Source: Parcubacteria group bacterium Gr01-1014_31 (GTDB lineage: Bacteria > Patescibacteriota > Patescibacteriia > Buchananbacterales > GWA2-38-13). From it: a DNA stretch of 64,000 nt. Positions 18,599-28,005 of the stretch are shown piece by piece. Each line of letters opens with the position of its first letter. The first letter of the stretch is position 1. Below the pieces are notes generated by a model that saw only the letters and a program-made list of their open reading frames with translations, had not been told where the DNA came from and ran no database searches. The position numbers and the translations under genes were made by a program. The stretch is taken from contig VMFR01000001.1 in assembly GCA_007376135.1 (NCBI GenBank), positions 206,554 through 270,553 on the forward strand. The letters run 5' to 3'.

Positions 18599-20024
18599 AT
18601 TTCTAAAACTCTTCCGCCACGCGTTGACCAACGAGCAGCTCGCCCCCGCCGACCGCGAGGCCATCCGGTCAACGATACTGCGCGCCATCGCTTTGCACCC
18701 GGCGAAGAACGAGCAGCTTTTCCAGCGGGTGCGCGTACGCGACGCCGCGCCTGACCTGTTCGCGTTCTTGCGGCGCCCGTCGTTCGCGGTCATTAGCCTC
18801 GGCATTCTGCTGGCCGGCGGCGGGGTATCCTATGCCGCCGAGGACGCGCTGCCCGGCGGGTTCTTGTACCCGATCAAGGTTGCCGTTACCGAACCGTTGC
18901 GCGCCACGCTGACGTTCTCGGCCGAGCAGCGCGCCGTGCTGGCGGCAAAACTCGCGGACCGGCGCCTGCGCGAAGCCGAGCGCCTCGCGGCGGACGGCCG
19001 ATTGACCGCCGAAACCAGCGCGCAGCTCGCCAACCAGCTGACCAAGCATGCCGCCAAGGTGCAGGCCAACGTTGCCCGCCTGGAAGCCGCCGGGAACGTG
19101 CAGGCCGCGGCCAACATAGGCACCGCGCTGGAGGCCAACCTGTACGCCCACGCCGAGGTCATGACCCAGCTGGAACGGAAAGCGAAGGAGCTCCGCGGGA
19201 ATGACGACGAGCCCGATGAGGACTGGGAAACCCTCGCGACCTCCACCACGGCCGGCGTCGCGGCGACCACGACCGCCGCCGCGGACCAAAACTCCGGCGA
19301 TAATGACGGCCGTCCGCGCAAGGAAAGCACGCTGCTGGAGACCATCCGTGATCGGAGCGGCATGGCGCGCCGCCAGCAGGAAAACCTGGAGCGCCGGGTC
19401 GCCGAACGATCCAAGCAATCACGGAAGGCGGCGGAAAATAAACGCGCCGCCGCGGAGAATGCCATTGAAGAAACGCGCAAGTTCCTCCGCAAAGCCTCGG
19501 CGCGGTACGGCACGGCCGCCACCGCTGCCGCCACGGTCCGGCTGGATGCCGCCATGACCGTTCTGTCCCAGGGCATTGAACGCTTCAATGCCGACGAGTT
19601 TGCCCAGGCTTTCGTCCAATTCCAGCTGGCGCACCGCGGGGCCCAGGAAGCCAGGCAGCTCATCGTGGCCGTGAAAGACCTCGAAAAGAGACTGCCGACG
19701 CTTTCCACGGGTACCCCCTCCTGGTTGCTCGCGGCCAGCTCCACGCCAGTGATGACCATTGGCGGTGAGGATGCGCGGGATGATGACGATGAAGATGCCG
19801 CGGAAGCGCCAAAACCTGCGACCACGACCAGCCAGAGCGCCGCGGAACGACGCCGCGAAATTGAGCGCGAACAAAATGAGCTGCGGCGCAAGGAAGAGCG
19901 GCGGGAAGAGAATAGGCGGAGCGAGAATGGCGCACCAACACCCACTCCGACGCCCTCCCCCACCCCCAAAATTGAAGTGGAAGTCGAAATAGACACCAAG
20001 ACCGAACTGGACCTGAATTTCTAG
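18591..20024 (+). CDS. DUF5667-domain membrane protein, putative anti-sigma factor
   Basis: Overlaps the sigma stop; one TM; AEDALPGGFLYPIK...RRLREA signature; helical extracytoplasmic part. Confidence 0.8.
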   Translation: MRKFLKLFRHALTNEQLAPADREAIRSTILRAIALHPAKNEQLFQRVRVRDAAPDLFAFLRRPSFAVISLGILLAGGGVSYAAEDALPGGFLYPIKVAVTEPLRATLTFSAEQRAVLAAKLADRRLREAERLAADGRLTAETSAQLANQLTKHAAKVQANVARLEAAGNVQAAANIGTALEANLYAHAEVMTQLERKAKELRGNDDEPDEDWETLATSTTAGVAATTTAAADQNSGDNDGRPRKESTLLETIRDRSGMARRQQENLERRVAERSKQSRKAAENKRAAAENAIEETRKFLRKASARYGTAATAAATVRLDAAMTVLSQGIERFNADEFAQAFVQFQLAHRGAQEARQLIVAVKDLEKRLPTLSTGTPSWLLAASSTPVMTIGGEDARDDDDEDAAEAPKPATTTSQSAAERRREIEREQNELRRKEERREENRRSENGAPTPTPTPSPTPKIEVEVEIDTKTELDLNF

Positions 20025-20033
20025 CGAGGGGCG

Positions 20034-20072
20034 AAAAATCCGCGCATCGTGCCTGCGATGCGCGGATTTTTT
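20034..20072. terminator. Bidirectional intrinsic terminator
   Basis: aaaaatccgcgcatcg-tgcctg-cgatgcgcggattttt. Confidence 0.8.
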
Positions 20073-20105
20073 GTGTCATCGTTGCCCCTCTGATACACTA
20101 CCCGT

Positions 20106-22766
20106 ATGCGAACCAGCCCCGCCTTCCCGCAAAAACCGGCCCGCGTCGCGATTAAAACCGCGCACCGGGTAGCGGTCGCGTCGCTGCTCATCACCGGGTC
20201 GACGGCTATCGCGCTTGCGTTCGGTACGTCGGCGACCCTGTTGGGTTTTGCGCTCTTCCCGCCGTTGCAGGTGCAAATGCAGGGCGTCGTACTACAGGCA
20301 GCAAACCGGCCCTTTATCCAACCCGCCATTCCCGATGCCTGGCGGCCATACATCGCCGAGAGATCCCTCAATAACTTGACTTTGCGCTTGTACGCCGGCA
20401 TCACCACACTGGGCATCCATATTTCCAGCAACACGAACCTGGCGACTGGACTGAACCGCCCGGTGTACTACCGCGAGAAGGGTGCGCTGCAATGGCTTCC
20501 GGCACACCCCTTGACGGGCCGCATCACCAAATCGCTTCCGCAGGAGGACGGTTCCTACGAGTACGAACCCTTGGAGCTGTACGTTACCTCGCTGTTCTGG
20601 CTCAAACCGGGAATTGTCTACGAGGTTTGCCTGTTGATTTCCGGCGCAACATGCGACGCCGACGGCAATCTGAAAGTCTCCCTGGCGACCCGGCAGGCAA
20701 CGAATTCGCCTACGCCGGAGGCGTTCTTTACCCCCACCCGCACGGTCATCGTGGACCCGGACCCGGCGAAGGGCGACTTTACTGCCATTCAGGCGGCAGT
20801 GAACGATTCCGCGACCGCACCGGGTACGCGCATCCAGATCAACGCCGGCGTCTACCACGAAGCGGTGACGATAAAATCCGACCGGTCCGGTGCCCCTGGC
20901 CGCTGGCTCCAGTTGTACGGCATGCCCGGCGCAGTTTTGGACGGTTCCTATGCCGCTTCGGAGCTTTTTACGCCCGGCTCCGCCTGGGAAAAGGTGACCC
21001 CGCCGAATGCCGTGAACGGCGACCACATCTACAAACGTCCGGTTCGCGATGACGTGCTGATCGGCTGGCTGGGCGACGAACAACTGCTGCGCCACCGCGA
21101 TTCCGACCGCGGCAGCGGCTGGAAGAATTTTGTCGATGCCAACGCGGGAGAATTCCGCGACGGCTGCGATGAACCGAAGTTCCTTGTCCGACGCAGCTGG
21201 TACATGGACGAGGCCAACGACCTTATCTACCTCCGCTGGGACAGCGCCGTTGACCCCGCCGGCCTGGACCTGACATTCTCTCGCTACCCCATGGGCATCA
21301 TGCTGGACGGCGCCGACTGGGTGTGGGTGGAGGGGCTGCAGATCAGCCGCTTCGGCAATGGCCCCCGCACCGGTGCAGTCTACATCCAGAACGGTGAGTT
21401 CAACATCGTGCGCCGCAATGCCATTCTGCGCAATGCCGACGGCATTAGCGTCATCTGGCGCGAGAGGGGCGAAAATTGCCAAACCGCGCTCTGCAGCGGC
21501 GACGACGGCTCGTCATTCAACCGCGTCGAGGACAATACCATCGATAACGGCATTCCCGACGCCACGCTTTCTTACTGCCACACCAAGCGCTCCGCCCCAT
21601 TCTTCGGCATTCGCCTGGGCGGCAGCCTAGGCAACTCGGCTTCCGGCAATTCCCTCACCCGCATCGGCGAGAACAGCATCCAGATCACGCTCGCCGGAGA
21701 CATGGCGAAAGCGACACGCTGCAACGACGAGGAATCCTGCCGGGATCTTTTCCCGTACGTGCTCTGGGAGACCGACGTGTACGACAACACCATCTTTACC
21801 AACGTGGAGGGGCTGGAACCGGACGGCGCCCAGGTCAACGGCCGCCTGTTTCACAACCGCCTCCGCAACGTGGAGAAATATCTTGTCTCCCTGCAGGCCT
21901 CGCAGTACGGACCGACGTTCGTCGTGCGCAATATCCTGACGCGCAGCGAACCCTCCGAACTGCTGCTGACGGAAACGACCAAGAACCGCTATCCGTACCT
22001 GCACCGCTACACCTACATCTACCACAACAATCTCTGGCTGGACTACCACAGCCGACCACTCTCGACCAAAATGTATTTCAAGGAATTTCACCTGCGCTAC
22101 CGCAACAATGTCTTTCGCAACAGCAGCGGCTCGGTCGCCTCGTTTGACAACCGCCTGGATGCCGACGAGGAGGAGTACGCTGGCAACGCCGACCTGGATT
22201 ACAACGCATACAGCTCCGGCGAGGGCAGTCCCATCGTCAACTGGGTGACTGAGAGCGGCTGGGACGACATCCGCACCAGCAGCCGGCTTTGCTCCGAACA
22301 CGGGCTGGAATGCCACGGCATCGGCGGCGGCGGATTTTGGCCCGACGGGTTGTCCGCTCCGGCCGAGGAGGATTTCACACCCCTGTCGAACGGCAAATAC
22401 TTGGATGCCGGCGAGGTCATTCCCGGCATCAATCTGCCCTACTACGGCAAGAAGCCCGACATCGGCGCGGAGGAGCTGGCGATGTTCAAACGCGGCGACT
22501 CGAACGGCGACGGCAAGATGGATATCGGCGACAGCATTTTTACGCTCAACCATTTGTTCATTGGCGGCCGACAGCCTGGTTGTCTGGACGCCGCCGACTA
22601 CACCGATGACGGCAAGGTGAATCTTGCCGACGCGGTCGCCAATATCAACTACCTATTCCTCGGCAGCGAGGTTCCGCCGAGCGAGCCCGCCTCCGCCTGC
22701 GGCTACGACCCCACCCCCGACACTCTCCGTTGCGCGGAATTCCTCCCGTGCGCGAAGTGGGAATAA
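20106..22766 (+). CDS. Secreted parallel beta-helix (pectin-lyase-like) protein with C-terminal dockerin-like domain
   Basis: FTAIQAAV..PGTRIQINAGVYHE; Asn-rich beta-helix repeats; PDIGAEE; FKRGDSNGDGKMDIGD...DAADYTDDGKVNLAD. Confidence 0.8.
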   Translation: MRTSPAFPQKPARVAIKTAHRVAVASLLITGSTAIALAFGTSATLLGFALFPPLQVQMQGVVLQAANRPFIQPAIPDAWRPYIAERSLNNLTLRLYAGITTLGIHISSNTNLATGLNRPVYYREKGALQWLPAHPLTGRITKSLPQEDGSYEYEPLELYVTSLFWLKPGIVYEVCLLISGATCDADGNLKVSLATRQATNSPTPEAFFTPTRTVIVDPDPAKGDFTAIQAAVNDSATAPGTRIQINAGVYHEAVTIKSDRSGAPGRWLQLYGMPGAVLDGSYAASELFTPGSAWEKVTPPNAVNGDHIYKRPVRDDVLIGWLGDEQLLRHRDSDRGSGWKNFVDANAGEFRDGCDEPKFLVRRSWYMDEANDLIYLRWDSAVDPAGLDLTFSRYPMGIMLDGADWVWVEGLQISRFGNGPRTGAVYIQNGEFNIVRRNAILRNADGISVIWRERGENCQTALCSGDDGSSFNRVEDNTIDNGIPDATLSYCHTKRSAPFFGIRLGGSLGNSASGNSLTRIGENSIQITLAGDMAKATRCNDEESCRDLFPYVLWETDVYDNTIFTNVEGLEPDGAQVNGRLFHNRLRNVEKYLVSLQASQYGPTFVVRNILTRSEPSELLLTETTKNRYPYLHRYTYIYHNNLWLDYHSRPLSTKMYFKEFHLRYRNNVFRNSSGSVASFDNRLDADEEEYAGNADLDYNAYSSGEGSPIVNWVTESGWDDIRTSSRLCSEHGLECHGIGGGGFWPDGLSAPAEEDFTPLSNGKYLDAGEVIPGINLPYYGKKPDIGAEELAMFKRGDSNGDGKMDIGDSIFTLNHLFIGGRQPGCLDAADYTDDGKVNLADAVANINYLFLGSEVPPSEPASACGYDPTPDTLRCAEFLPCAKWE

Positions 22767-22806
22767 TTTTTGGCACCTGAAAGGTGCCACCAAACCGATT
22801 GTTTCC

Positions 22807-23176
22807 CCACCTTTCTAGGAAAGGTGGGACCAAAGTCGCGCCCCGTGTCAGAAGGTAGAAAAAATCAGACTCGCTCGGCGTAAAATCGCTATGCGCACTC
22901 GGCGTCAGCACGCGATTTCCCACCTCCTCGCTTGTCTCGATTTTTTACCTACTTTCCTCCAATGGGCGCATCGCGTCGGTCCGGGCCGATCCGAGCATTG
23001 GAGTAATTCAGGAAGAATTACGCGGCGAGAAGGCCGGGTTTGCGCCGCGCAAAACGCGAGGGTGTCTGAGGAGCGGAGCGACGAGTTCGCGAGCGTACGG
23101 ACGACGAGTCGCATAATTCTCTGAATTACGGAGTCTGCTCGGCAGTTTTTGGCCACCTTTTGCTGCCAAAAGGTGG
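22807..23176 (+). repeat. Palindrome-bounded non-coding repeat element, copy 1 (MITE/PATE-like or structured RNA)
   Basis: Near-identical to the reverse complement of 44943..45206; ends are hairpins ccacctttctaggaaaggtgg and ccaccttttgctgccaaaaggtgg. Confidence 0.85.
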
Positions 23177-23218
23177 CGATAAAATCATTTTAACGTAGCC
23201 AAAATCAGTCAATTCCTA

Positions 23219-23247
23219 TTGACTTTTTTTATTATCTATGGTATATT
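23219..23247 (+). promoter_or_regulatory. Sigma70 promoter TTGACT-17-TATATT with extended -10 TG
   Basis: ttgact ttttttattatctatgg tatatt. Confidence 0.65.
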
Positions 23248-23292
23248 AATATCCTTTGTATACGCCCTTTCCACAATCTTCGGAGTAGAGCC

Positions 23293-23622
23293 ATGTTCTC
23301 AACGCTTGTTCTTGCAGCAGTACTGCTGGGCCAGGGTGAGGAGTCGGACATCACCGCGTTCATTCGCGGCGACGCCAATAACGACCAACGGGTCAATATC
23401 GCCGATGCGATAGCCATCGTTTCCGTCCTGTTCGGACGCCAGCATCCCCCACTCCTGTGCGGGGACGCGGCCGATGCGAACAACGACGGCGCCATCACCA
23501 TCGCCGACCCCCTCTTCCTCATCCAGTACCAATTTGGCGGCGGTATTCCACCTCCGTCGCCATTCCCGGCTCCCGGCCTGGACACCGGCTGGGACCAATT
23601 AGCCTGCGGCGTCGCGGGCTAA
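23293..23622 (+). CDS. Secreted stand-alone dockerin-like protein
   Basis: GGAG SD, short signal peptide, FIRGDANNDQRVNIAD...CGDAADANNDGAITIAD duplicated Ca-binding loops. Confidence 0.85.
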   Translation: MFSTLVLAAVLLGQGEESDITAFIRGDANNDQRVNIADAIAIVSVLFGRQHPPLLCGDAADANNDGAITIADPLFLIQYQFGGGIPPPSPFPAPGLDTGWDQLACGVAG

Positions 23623-23732
23623 GCACTCTCCTTTTCTCGTGGCGGGCGGCATCCTTCGGGGTCCCGCCCGCTTTTCATTTTCCCTACCTCCAGATATAAA
23701 GACCCTCCATCTCTGGCCATTTGCGCCCCCAA

Positions 23733-24560
23733 CGTCATTCCGGCCTCGGCCTGTCCCGCTGTTGACGGGGAGCCGGAATCCAGAACGAACATAACCCGTC
23801 ATCCCTGGCCCGGACCAGGAATGACATCTTGAATGAGGGTTACCCACATGAAATCGAGTGATGACCGTCCTGGATGCAGGATTCTCACTCATAAAAAAAC
23901 ACCCCGCGTTGCAAGCGCAGGGCATTTGAGTGAAGAACGGGGGCGGACTAACCGTAGTGGTTGTCCGACATCGAAATGTGGGTGGCGGCCAATCCTGGCC
24001 ATGCAGGCGGCGGAGCGGCGGGCTCTGCTTGTTCGTTGGAATGTGCGGCTTCACTGCCACTGGGTTGTGCTTCGCTGCCGAGTACTGCTTGTGGCGCATA
24101 CACACCGTCACCACTGGAAAAGGGCGAGTCAAACGGATATGGCATCCTACCTCCTATCGGGTTGGCGGAAAATTCGGAAACTACAGATTAGCGGAAATCG
24201 ACCCCCTGGTCAAGGGTCGCTGCATACGGGGTAAGAAAACTTTTTACAGTGCTAGGTACTAAGAAGATAGTAGGCGCTTGATGTCATCCCGGCACCCCTC
24301 ACCCAACCCCTCTCCCTGAGGGAGAGGGTGGCCGGAGGCCGGGTGAGGGCGCCCACCCCAAACTCCGTCATCGTGAAAATGACCAAACACCCGCACCCTC
24401 CGGTCCCCCTCCCCGCGCCCAACCGTCATTCCGGCCCCGGCCTGTCCCGCAGTTGGCGGGAAGCCGGGATCTCACCCACGGGTGACCCCCCCCGAAGGGG
24501 GGCAGAACACAATCACCGGGTTTCTGGGTCCCCGCAGAAGTTTACCCTCATGAAAATGGG
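23733..24560. repeat. Clusters of REP-like GTCAT(T/C)CC palindromes and nested hairpins
   Basis: cgtcattccggc..gccggaatcc, cgtcatccctgg..ccaggaatgac, ccctcaccc..gggtgaggg; related copies at about 35000, 36750, 39560, 40900-41100 and 58550. Confidence 0.7.
23948..24145 (-). CDS. Possible small acidic protein (65 aa)
   Basis: AGGAGG 4 nt before ATG; no recognisable motif. Confidence 0.3.
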   Translation of the reverse strand: MPYPFDSPFSSGDGVYAPQAVLGSEAQPSGSEAAHSNEQAEPAAPPPAWPGLAATHISMSDNHYG

Positions 24561-24599
24561 GGCGAGGACGACCAGACGGCCACAGAAACGACAAATACC

Positions 24600-24627
24600 A
24601 AAAAGCGGCCCGTGAGGGCCGCTTTTC
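24600..24627. terminator. Bidirectional terminator closing the minus-strand surface cluster
   Basis: aaaaagcggccc-gtga-gggccgctttt. Confidence 0.8.
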
Positions 24628-24682
24628 ACTTCTCCTAAACCGATCCTACCGTCCTACTCGACTACACTCCTACTCACCCTGA

Positions 24683-24763
24683 CTATCGGTAGGACAACAT
24701 CGTCACGTGCTTGCCGGACTTCTTCCGGTGCTTCTTCTGCGCAACTTTGCGTTTCTTATTCAT
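24683..24763 (-). CDS. Candidate 26-aa Lys/Arg-rich peptide MNKKRKVAQKKHRKKSGKHVTMLSYR
   Basis: Manual translation; sits between the 24805 gene stop and the terminator. Confidence 0.35.
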   Translation of the reverse strand: MNKKRKVAQKKHRKKSGKHVTMLSYR

Positions 24764-24804
24764 GGGGTAAGGTTAGCACGACAAGCGCGGTCTCACAATG
24801 GTCA

Positions 24805-26637
24805 TTACGGCAGGGTCGGCAACGGCATATTCAGGTCAGGGCACTCCAGCAGGTTTATCCAACGCTTGGTGGTCTTGTAGACGTACCCGGTCGGGGTCTG
24901 CGCGTTGGGCAAGCCGTACGGCACCCATGGCAGCAGCACCTGCTCCCAGTACTTTTTCTGGAATTCCATCACCGCGTCGCGGGTCGCCTTATCGTAGACG
25001 CCCGTCACGGCGAGGCTCAGCCCGAGGTTCTTGTTCAGGAACTCCTGCAGTTTCTTCACTTCCTCCGGGTCGTTCTTGGCCCCGTACTTGATGAATTTTT
25101 TCAGGTACTCGGTGCTGCATACGAACGGGGTTTCCTCAGTGCTGACACCCAAGACCCGCGGCTGCGGGACGCTGCCCGCCGGAACGCCAGTGGGCACTCC
25201 TGGACCGCGACCCGGCGGGCCGTTGGCGCCGCCCCTTGGCGTCGGAGTCGGCGTGGGTGAGCTGCCACCACCGCCGGGGGTTGGCGTTGGGGTGGGCGTG
25301 GGTTCAGGTGTTGGCGTGGGTGTCGGGGTCGGGCCAGGACCGTCGCCGTTGTCTTCATTATCGTCGTCCGTGCCTGTGCAACCCGGGTCATCCATATCCA
25401 CGAGTTCGTCGTCGTCATTGTCAACGCCGTCGGAACATTCCGTGGTCGGAGTCGGCGTGGGGGTTGGCGTTGGGGTGGGCGTCGGGTCAACCGGGTCGGT
25501 TTCGTCATCGTCCTCGTCGCTGTCGCAGCCCAGGTCGTCCAAATCCACCTCGCCGTCGTCGTCATTGTCCTCCCCATCCGAACACTGCGGTGTCGGCGTC
25601 GGACTGGGCGTCGGGGTCGGCGTGGGCGTCGGGTCAACGGGGTCGGTTTCGTCATCATCGTCCGGAGCACTGCAACCCGGGTCGTCCGAATCTATCAGCT
25701 CGTCGGCGTCGTTATCCTCTCCGTCCGAACACTGCGGTGTCGGCGTAGGCGTCGGGTCAACGAGGTCGGTTTCGTCATCATCGTCCGGGTTGGAACAACC
25801 CGGGTCCTCGGAATCTACCAACTGGTCCCCATCATTATCGGTAGTATCCGAACACTGCGGTGTCGGCGTCGGACTGGGTGTCGGGGTGGGTGTTGGGGTC
25901 GGGTCAACGGGGTCGGTTTCGTCATCATCGTCCGGAGCACTGCATCCCGGGTCCTGCTCATCCACGAGTTGGTCGCCGTCATTGTCCGTAGTGTCCGAGC
26001 ACTGCGGAGTTGGCGTTGGAGTCGGAGTTGGCGTCGGCGTGGGTGTCGGGGTGACCGGGTCCGTTTCGTCGTTGTCCTCGGCGTTGGCGCATCCCGGGTC
26101 CGCCAAATCTACTAACTGGTCGCCGTCGTTATCGGTGGTGTCGGAACACTGCGGAGACGACTCGCTGACCGTCACCTGCACGGATGCCGTTGCCTCGCCG
26201 GAGCTTTCTGCGCCCGGAGGAGTCGCGTGATACAGCTTGGCGATAATGGTATAGGTACCGCCAGCCTCGTAGTCGTGGGTATTGTGCCACGGCCCGGAAA
26301 AATTCTTCACGTTACCGTGAGACAGGTCCACGAATTCCAGCACGGACGTATCGTCCACGTTGCCGTCGCCCCAGTTCACCTGCACGTCGTGCTGCGAGAA
26401 CTGGCCGACGAACGGGACGCCGAACCCGGTGCCGTCCACCTGGACCGACAGACCGTTCACGGTCGTGCCGGTAATAGTTAGGTCATACTCTCCCCCGCCC
26501 GTGGCGGCCATGATGGCCGCGGGCGAAAATGCGGACACCACCATGGAAAAGATGGTCGCGGCGGCCACGGTCCGCAGCCCGTCCAGACGGGAGTGCACAG
26601 AGGCAAACAGCCGTTTCGCGCGGATGTTTTTCTTCAT
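24805..26637 (-). CDS. Secreted surface protein: PKD-like domain, six Cys/Asp-rich Ca-binding-like repeats with PT linkers, C-terminal peptidoglycan-binding-like domain
   Basis: VNWGDG...HDYEAGGTYTI (PKD); 6x (Q/E)CSDxxDNDxDxxxDxxDxGC; VKKLQEFLN..TGVYDKATRDAVMEFQ. Confidence 0.85.
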   Translation of the reverse strand: MKKNIRAKRLFASVHSRLDGLRTVAAATIFSMVVSAFSPAAIMAATGGGEYDLTITGTTVNGLSVQVDGTGFGVPFVGQFSQHDVQVNWGDGNVDDTSVLEFVDLSHGNVKNFSGPWHNTHDYEAGGTYTIIAKLYHATPPGAESSGEATASVQVTVSESSPQCSDTTDNDGDQLVDLADPGCANAEDNDETDPVTPTPTPTPTPTPTPTPQCSDTTDNDGDQLVDEQDPGCSAPDDDDETDPVDPTPTPTPTPSPTPTPQCSDTTDNDGDQLVDSEDPGCSNPDDDDETDLVDPTPTPTPQCSDGEDNDADELIDSDDPGCSAPDDDDETDPVDPTPTPTPTPSPTPTPQCSDGEDNDDDGEVDLDDLGCDSDEDDDETDPVDPTPTPTPTPTPTPTTECSDGVDNDDDELVDMDDPGCTGTDDDNEDNGDGPGPTPTPTPTPEPTPTPTPTPGGGGSSPTPTPTPRGGANGPPGRGPGVPTGVPAGSVPQPRVLGVSTEETPFVCSTEYLKKFIKYGAKNDPEEVKKLQEFLNKNLGLSLAVTGVYDKATRDAVMEFQKKYWEQVLLPWVPYGLPNAQTPTGYVYKTTKRWINLLECPDLNMPLPTLP

Positions 26638-26674
26638 AGATAAACGGTTATAACGGGTTTGAAATTAGTCGACC

Positions 26675-26703
26675 ACTTTACCCTGACCAAAGCATTGTGT
26701 CAA
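26675..26703 (-). promoter_or_regulatory. Sigma70 promoter TTGACA-17-TAAAGT for the 24805..26637 gene
   Basis: Minus strand ttgaca caatgctttggtcaggg taaagt. Confidence 0.6.
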
Positions 26704-26763
26704 CCCGCGCACAAAGGGCGCCATACCGGCGCCCTGGCATGCCTAACTCTTCGTGGCGCGCGG

Positions 26764-27996
26764 CTACTCGCAAAGCTGCCCGGCAATGGTGTTGTAGATG
26801 GCGGCAAGGTCCCCGCTGGACGGGCTGAAGTAGTACTGCCCGCCGGTCATCGTTGCGATCTGCTGCAACATCGTGCTGTTGACGTTGGAGCCAAGGCCGA
26901 TAGTGAAAATGGTGGTGCTGGCGTTGGCCGCGTCCTGCGCGCGGTTGATGGCGTAGGTAACATCTGCGGCGTACTCACCGTACCCGGGGCCGAACGGCTT
27001 GTTGGCCTTGCCGTCGGTCAAAAGGATTTCCACGTGAGCTGCTGCTGGGCGCATCCGCACGGATGTAAGCTCGGTGTTCGCGGTCTTAATGGCGTCGCCA
27101 ATGTTTGTTGCGCCAACCGCCACCAGCGCGTCGATCTTGGTCTTTACCAATGGGTAGTTGTTGGTCAACGTTTGGTCCAGGGTCACGCTGGTTGCGAACG
27201 ATACCAAGGACGCCTGGTCGTTCGGAGTGAGTAGGTCCACAAAGCCCTTGGCTGCCGCCTTGGCGTCAACGAACCGCTGGCCGCTGTCAAACAGCATGGA
27301 GCCGGAGCGGTCAATGATGAGGACGACGTCCACCGGCCCGGTGCACTGCTGGGTTGTGCAGCTCGCGCTGCAGGAAGCTCCCGGCTGGCCGTTCTGCGGC
27401 CCCAGGTCGCACTCCTCGCCCGGTTCCATAATGCCGTTGCCGCAGGAGGGGTCGATGTTGACCGACAGGTCACAGCCGAATTCGCCGTTGGTGGTAACGA
27501 TGCCGCCTTTGTGGTCCTGGGCGACGCCGCCGCTGGTCGGGTCGGCGATGGCCGGCGCGTCCAAAAGCACGGTCCAGACGTCGGTCTCGTCCGTGCTTTC
27601 CGTTAAGGTCGCGTTGGCCGGCACGTCGCCTTCGCCCGTTTCGCCCGTCAGCGAGATGTACGGACACAGGTCGCGGTAGTAGCCGGGCAGCTCAGGGTCG
27701 CCGCCGTCCGGGTACTCCGGGTGCTCCGGCGGCAAGGGCTTGCGCTTCTCCTCTATCCAGTAATCCTGCGACTGGCCCAGGAATTCCGGCGCCAGGGTAA
27801 TAGTGAAGGTTTCGTCCAGCTGCTCGCCCGGGAAGACCATGCCGAAGTCCAAATGGTTGATGGATTCCAAGATGGGCAGCAAGGTGGCCGACACGCCGAT
27901 GAGCGCAGACTGGAATATCGCGAACACCAGCCCGCTCACCACGAGTGTGGCGGTTCCCTTGGCCCAGCGGCGGATGGTCATTTTGGAGGTGAACAT
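26764..27996 (-). CDS. TasA-like fibre-subunit domain + Cys-rich (DUF4215-like) repeat + vWA domain; putative adhesin subunit
   Basis: LDFGMVFPGEQLDE, LCPYIS, FGCDL shared with the 33291 and 35135 paralogs; CGNGIMEPGEECD; MIDAS DRSGSM..TNIGDAI..LTDG. Confidence 0.85.
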   Translation of the reverse strand: MFTSKMTIRRWAKGTATLVVSGLVFAIFQSALIGVSATLLPILESINHLDFGMVFPGEQLDETFTITLAPEFLGQSQDYWIEEKRKPLPPEHPEYPDGGDPELPGYYRDLCPYISLTGETGEGDVPANATLTESTDETDVWTVLLDAPAIADPTSGGVAQDHKGGIVTTNGEFGCDLSVNIDPSCGNGIMEPGEECDLGPQNGQPGASCSASCTTQQCTGPVDVVLIIDRSGSMLFDSGQRFVDAKAAAKGFVDLLTPNDQASLVSFATSVTLDQTLTNNYPLVKTKIDALVAVGATNIGDAIKTANTELTSVRMRPAAAHVEILLTDGKANKPFGPGYGEYAADVTYAINRAQDAANASTTIFTIGLGSNVNSTMLQQIATMTGGQYYFSPSSGDLAAIYNTIAGQLCE

Positions 27997-28005
27997 GGCG
28001 ATAGT

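Noticed and set aside
25031-26230. Long antisense ORFs rich in GVGVG (also 18830, 29278, 41951, 42970, 15001)
   Set aside because: Shadow frames of PT-repeat or high-GC genes on the opposite strand.
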